Shown here: one piece after another, positions 60,519 to 64,000 of the stretch
How the letters are laid out: each line of letters starts with the position of its first letter
Position numbering within the stretch: the first letter of the stretch is position 1
Source: an uncultured Bacillales bacterium
Lineage (GTDB): Bacteria > Bacillota_I > Bacilli_A > RF39 > UBA660
Direction: 5' to 3'
NCBI GenBank assembly: GCA_946628005.1
Contig: CAMOWA010000001.1
Coordinates: 36,140-100,139, forward strand
Length of the DNA: 64,000 nt
Notes under the pieces: model-generated
What the model was told of the DNA's origin: nothing
The model's database searches: none
Seen by the model: the letters and a program-made list of their open reading frames with translations, nothing else
Program-made: the position numbers and the translations under genes

Positions 60519-61080
60519 ACTTTTTATAGTCTAAATATTTTCCATTTTTTTGAAAGGTTAAGAATAACTCATTATTTTTTACTTCTCCTATTAATTCTCC
60601 TTTTTCTACATAATCGTATAATTTTAAATTATTAATATTTATATTAGAATAAAATGTATCAATTCCATTTACTTGTTCAATAATAATTGTATTCCCTATT
60701 TTCTCTTTTTCTCCAATAAATACTACTATTCCACTTTCTATCGCTGGGACCATGTAATTATCTATTACTTTTAATTTGGCTCCATTTTGATATTTTTCTA
60801 TTTTTTCATATGATAGTTTTTCATTAAATACTGTTTCTTGTTCTTTAATTTTTTTTTCAACTGATAAGATATTTCCAAAATACTTTTCATATTGTTTTTT
60901 TATTTTTTGAAATGGAAAGCTTTTTTCATATACATTTGTTTTTATTTTTTCTTTTAGAGTTGGATTATTCTTAGTAGCAATCATTCCTAATAAGAATATT
61001 ATAATTGTATATAATAATTTATTTATTTTTTTTCTAATACTTTTTTTTAATACTAGTTTTTTTTCTACTCTTCTATTCAT
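60511..61080 (-). CDS. spoIVFA: SpoIVFA-like degenerate M23-fold protein
   Basis: TM plus GIVVFIG..GNTIIIEQ..G..YSN..VEKGELIG without Zn ligands; synteny. Confidence 0.75.
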   Translation of the reverse strand: MNRRVEKKLVLKKSIRKKINKLLYTIIIFLLGMIATKNNPTLKEKIKTNVYEKSFPFQKIKKQYEKYFGNILSVEKKIKEQETVFNEKLSYEKIEKYQNGAKLKVIDNYMVPAIESGIVVFIGEKEKIGNTIIIEQVNGIDTFYSNININNLKLYDYVEKGELIGEVKNNELFLTFQKNGKYLDYKKYV

Positions 61081-61126
61081 AATACCATCCTTTAATTCAT
61101 TTTATGTAAAAAAAAAGAAAGTATGT

Positions 61127-61630
61127 TTAATTTATACTTATCTTTTTATACTTTTTTGGTATCTTATTTATAATAATATATAATATTTCCCCTACTATAC
61201 AGTTTAATAATAAACTATGTATAATTTTATAAATTACTTTAGTTAAAGTAATTGGTACTAGTTGAAATAACCATAAAATTAATGCATAACTTGATTCATA
61301 TATAGTGATTATTAGTATAATAAAAATGATTAATCTAATATGAGTTATTTCATAGTTTTTATTTATATATTTTGATATAAAACCTATTATAGTAAATAAT
61401 ATAGCATTTAAAAATAATAAGTTTGTATAAAACAAATCATAAATTATTCCAAATATAAATAATAAGATATAATACTTCTTATCTTTTTTTTGATATAGAG
61501 GAGTTATTATAAAAATAGTAGTTAATGTTAATAATGGAGTAAATATACTAAGCTGATTGGATAAATATGGGAGAAAGTTTGTTATAAGTCCATCTAATAA
61601 AAGCGATATTATCATTAATATAATTGTCAT
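61127..61630 (-). CDS. mreD: Rod shape-determining protein MreD
   Basis: Polytopic; FGIIYDLFYT; follows mreC. Confidence 0.85.
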   Translation of the reverse strand: MTIILMIISLLLDGLITNFLPYLSNQLSIFTPLLTLTTIFIITPLYQKKDKKYYILLFIFGIIYDLFYTNLLFLNAILFTIIGFISKYINKNYEITHIRLIIFIILIITIYESSYALILWLFQLVPITLTKVIYKIIHSLLLNCIVGEILYIIINKIPKKYKKISIN

Positions 61631-62427
61631 TTCTTTTCTCCTAATATTGTTACATAATGTATATCATTAAAGTTTTGATTTGTTTTTATTAGTACTGTTT
61701 TACTTAAATTATACTTATCACTTAGTACTTTTTCTACTGTTCCAATATATATTCCTCCTGGAAAAAATTCTCCTAGTCCACTTGTTAATACTGTATCTCC
61801 TTTTTTTATCTCCGTTGTTTTATCTATTCCAGATGCTTTTATATATCCTGTTTTTTTATCAAATCCATTCATTATAGCATAGTTATCTATTTCATTTGTT
61901 TTTATTGCAACACTTACTTTAAAATTAATATCGTCAGATGTAATTAATTTTATTTCACTTGAATGGGAATATAATTTTGATATTTTTCCAATTAATCCAT
62001 TCTTTGTTACTACTGCCATATTCTTTTTAATATTATCTTTTCTTCCTTTATCTATCGTTATTGTATTAAACCAATAACTTTTATTTCTTGATAATATTGT
62101 TGCATTTATAGGAGTGTATTCTGTTAAGGTGTGGTTTAGTTCTAATGTTTCTTTTAATTCTTTAATTTCTTTTTCTAAAGAAGTATTAATATTTTTTTGA
62201 ATTGTATAGCTTTTAGTTTTATCACTTATACAATCTTTTTTTAAACTTGATATAGGAAATAGTTCAGTTTTTTGTATAAAGGTACTTATATTATTTAAAA
62301 AGTTCTCAATTTTTCCTGTTTTTCTATTAGCATTTATTGAAATTGTAAGTAATATAATACATACTACTCCTATAATAATTCCTATAATATTTTTTTTATT
62401 CTTTTCTTTTTTTTTCATAAACATCAT
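61627..62427 (-). CDS. mreC: Rod shape-determining protein MreC
   Basis: TITIDKG, MAVV...GLIGKI, GDTVLTSGLG..FPGGI.IG. Confidence 0.92.
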   Translation of the reverse strand: MMFMKKKEKNKKNIIGIIIGVVCIILLTISINANRKTGKIENFLNNISTFIQKTELFPISSLKKDCISDKTKSYTIQKNINTSLEKEIKELKETLELNHTLTEYTPINATILSRNKSYWFNTITIDKGRKDNIKKNMAVVTKNGLIGKISKLYSHSSEIKLITSDDINFKVSVAIKTNEIDNYAIMNGFDKKTGYIKASGIDKTTEIKKGDTVLTSGLGEFFPGGIYIGTVEKVLSDKYNLSKTVLIKTNQNFNDIHYVTILGEKK

Positions 62428-62465
62428 CTCTTCCTTATTATAGTATAAAAAAAACTTTCATTCAA

Positions 62466-63152
62466 TTAAAGATTTAAGATATCTTGATTTTCATAAAAAC
62501 TAAAGTATTTATTTTCCCCTACTATTATATGATCTATTACAGGGATTCCTTGTATTTCTCCTGTTTTCATCAAGGCTTTTGTAAATAGTATATCTGCTTT
62601 ACTTGGTTCAACATCATTAGATGGATGATTATGAAGACATACAATAAAACTAGCACTTAATAAATAAGCTTCTTTAAAGACTTCTCTAGTATGTGTTGTT
62701 GCACTATTTATTGTACCAATGAATAGATTTTTCCTTTTAATTAATTCTTGTTTATTATTAAAATAATAGCAGTAAAAATATTCTTGTTTTAATCCAGTAA
62801 ATAGATATTTGGAATCTTTCCATATTTTCTCAGCATTTTCTAATTTTTCTAACTTATTATTTTCTTTTAACCATATTCTTTTTCCTAATTCTATCGCTGC
62901 TAAAAGTTCCATTGCTTTTACTTCTCCAATTCCATTTATTGATACTAATTCTTGTAGTGTTATATTTTGTAAATCTTTTATATCTATTTTTTTTAATAAT
63001 TCTAATGATAATTCATTTACATTTTTTCCTTTTCTTCCTGTTTTTAATATAATTGATAATAATTCTTTATCAGATAGATTTTTAATACCAACTTGTTTTA
63101 ATCTCTCTCTTGGTCTTTCTTCTATTGGTAATTCTTTTATTTTATAACTCAT
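62466..63152 (-). CDS. radC: RadC/JAB domain protein
   Basis: ERPRERL, GIGEVKA, HNHPS...PS.AD, DHII. Confidence 0.95.
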   Translation of the reverse strand: MSYKIKELPIEERPRERLKQVGIKNLSDKELLSIILKTGRKGKNVNELSLELLKKIDIKDLQNITLQELVSINGIGEVKAMELLAAIELGKRIWLKENNKLEKLENAEKIWKDSKYLFTGLKQEYFYCYYFNNKQELIKRKNLFIGTINSATTHTREVFKEAYLLSASFIVCLHNHPSNDVEPSKADILFTKALMKTGEIQGIPVIDHIIVGENKYFSFYENQDILNL

Positions 63153-63191
63153 ATATCCTCTTATATATTATTCTCCATTTAAATAAAAATA

Positions 63192-63641
63192 CTACTCTTT
63201 TTTTATCATTTCTTCATAATTTGCTAAAATAACTTTTTCTATTAAAAGTATTTGTTCATCATCCTTTGTATTTTTTATTAAATAATCTAACTGATTTAAA
63301 TTTTCTGAAAAGGAATCTGAGCTAATGTTTTTTTGTATAATAATTGTATTTATTCCTGCTTTTTCATATATTTCTTTTATTTTTTTTAATATAGACAAAT
63401 CCTTTGTAATTGCTATAAAGACATAATATTTATTATTATGTTTTTCTATTATTTTATCATTTAAGTATTTACAATTTTCTTTTAATAGTTTTTTATTATT
63501 ATAAATTCCTTCTTGTAATAAATAATAAGTATCTTTATTAGCAAGTTGCTTTATTGTTTCTATTTTTTTTCCAAATACTATTTCTCCTAATAAAAAGCCT
63601 ATTCCTATAAAAAATATTATTTTGAATAATACTTTTTTCAT
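63192..63641 (-). CDS. Membrane-anchored SPOR-like protein
   Basis: N-terminal TM; YLLQEGIY...KYYVFIAI; sits where Bacillus has spoIIB. Confidence 0.5.
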   Translation of the reverse strand: MKKVLFKIIFFIGIGFLLGEIVFGKKIETIKQLANKDTYYLLQEGIYNNKKLLKENCKYLNDKIIEKHNNKYYVFIAITKDLSILKKIKEIYEKAGINTIIIQKNISSDSFSENLNQLDYLIKNTKDDEQILLIEKVILANYEEMIKKE

Positions 63642-63707
63642 TATATCACCGATGTTATTGTAGCAAGTTTTCTTTATTATATATGTCGAAAAAATAGATC
63701 ATGTGAT

Positions 63708-64000
63708 CTATTTTTTATTTATTTGTTTATATGTTACAAATGTAATAATTGATAATCCTCCTACCAAAAGATATAACCAAAATGGAATTATTCCCCATAC
63801 TTCTTTTAATTGAATAATAATATTTATAATTGTTATAACTATACCTGTTGTAAATAATTGTTTATATTCTTTTTTATAAAATCCTATTAATATAACTATT
63901 AATCCTAGTATTCCTATATATAAACCAATTATATAACTAGTAGTTGTTATTATAAATAATACTGATAATATAATACCAATTACTGCAGTTAATTCTTTAT
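63708..64000 (-). CDS. Polytopic membrane protein, 3' part
   Basis: Open frame ending ...VWGIIPFWLYLLVGGLSIITFVTYKQINKK*; runs off the window. Confidence 0.65.
   Translation of the reverse strand, partial: KELTAVIGIILSVLFIITTTSYIIGLYIGILGLIVILIGFYKKEYKQLFTTGIVITIINIIIQLKEVWGIIPFWLYLLVGGLSIITFVTYKQINKK

Noticed and set aside
635-63147. Many short plus-strand ORFs antisense to real genes
   Set aside because: They are F/L/S/I-rich shadows of Lys/Glu-rich minus-strand genes and have no family motifs.
1-64000. Genetic code 4 (Mollicutes-like AT content)
   Set aside because: Conserved genes end correctly at TGA (for example cdd) and translate full length with TGG for Trp.

Overview
A 64 kb, very AT-rich chromosomal segment using the standard genetic code (TGA is used as stop). 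Gene order and content suggest a small-genome, spore-forming Bacilli; it resembles gut RF39-type lineages, though this is inference and was not tested. Most genes are on the minus strand. The backbone is housekeeping: rluB, recO, era, cdd, dgkA, ybeY, rpsU, rplS, trmD, rimM, pheST, frr, tsf, rpsB, rplT, rpmI, infC, glyQS, nfnAB, mreCD, radC, two tRNAs, and sporulation genes (yqfCD, sspI, spoIVFA/B). Less usual elements: (1) two T-box riboswitches that lack the canonical downstream terminator and instead carry the antiterminator on top of an extended stem plus U-tract that competes with Stem III; the Gly T-box also has an ultra-short Stem I; (2) an unannotated two-peptide double-glycine bacteriocin-like locus with a C39 ABC exporter and an upstream structured RNA; (3) an unannotated type I toxin-antitoxin-like unit between the tRNAs; (4) ribosomal proteins S2 and L20 both ending in a Rho-N-like module; (5) a dockerin-bearing papain-family protease next to a putative cohesin-like membrane anchor; (6) a surface-protein array with an exact 235 bp promoter plus N-terminus duplication and a membrane-anchored serpin. 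All family assignments come from motif recognition by eye; no searches or folding programs were run.
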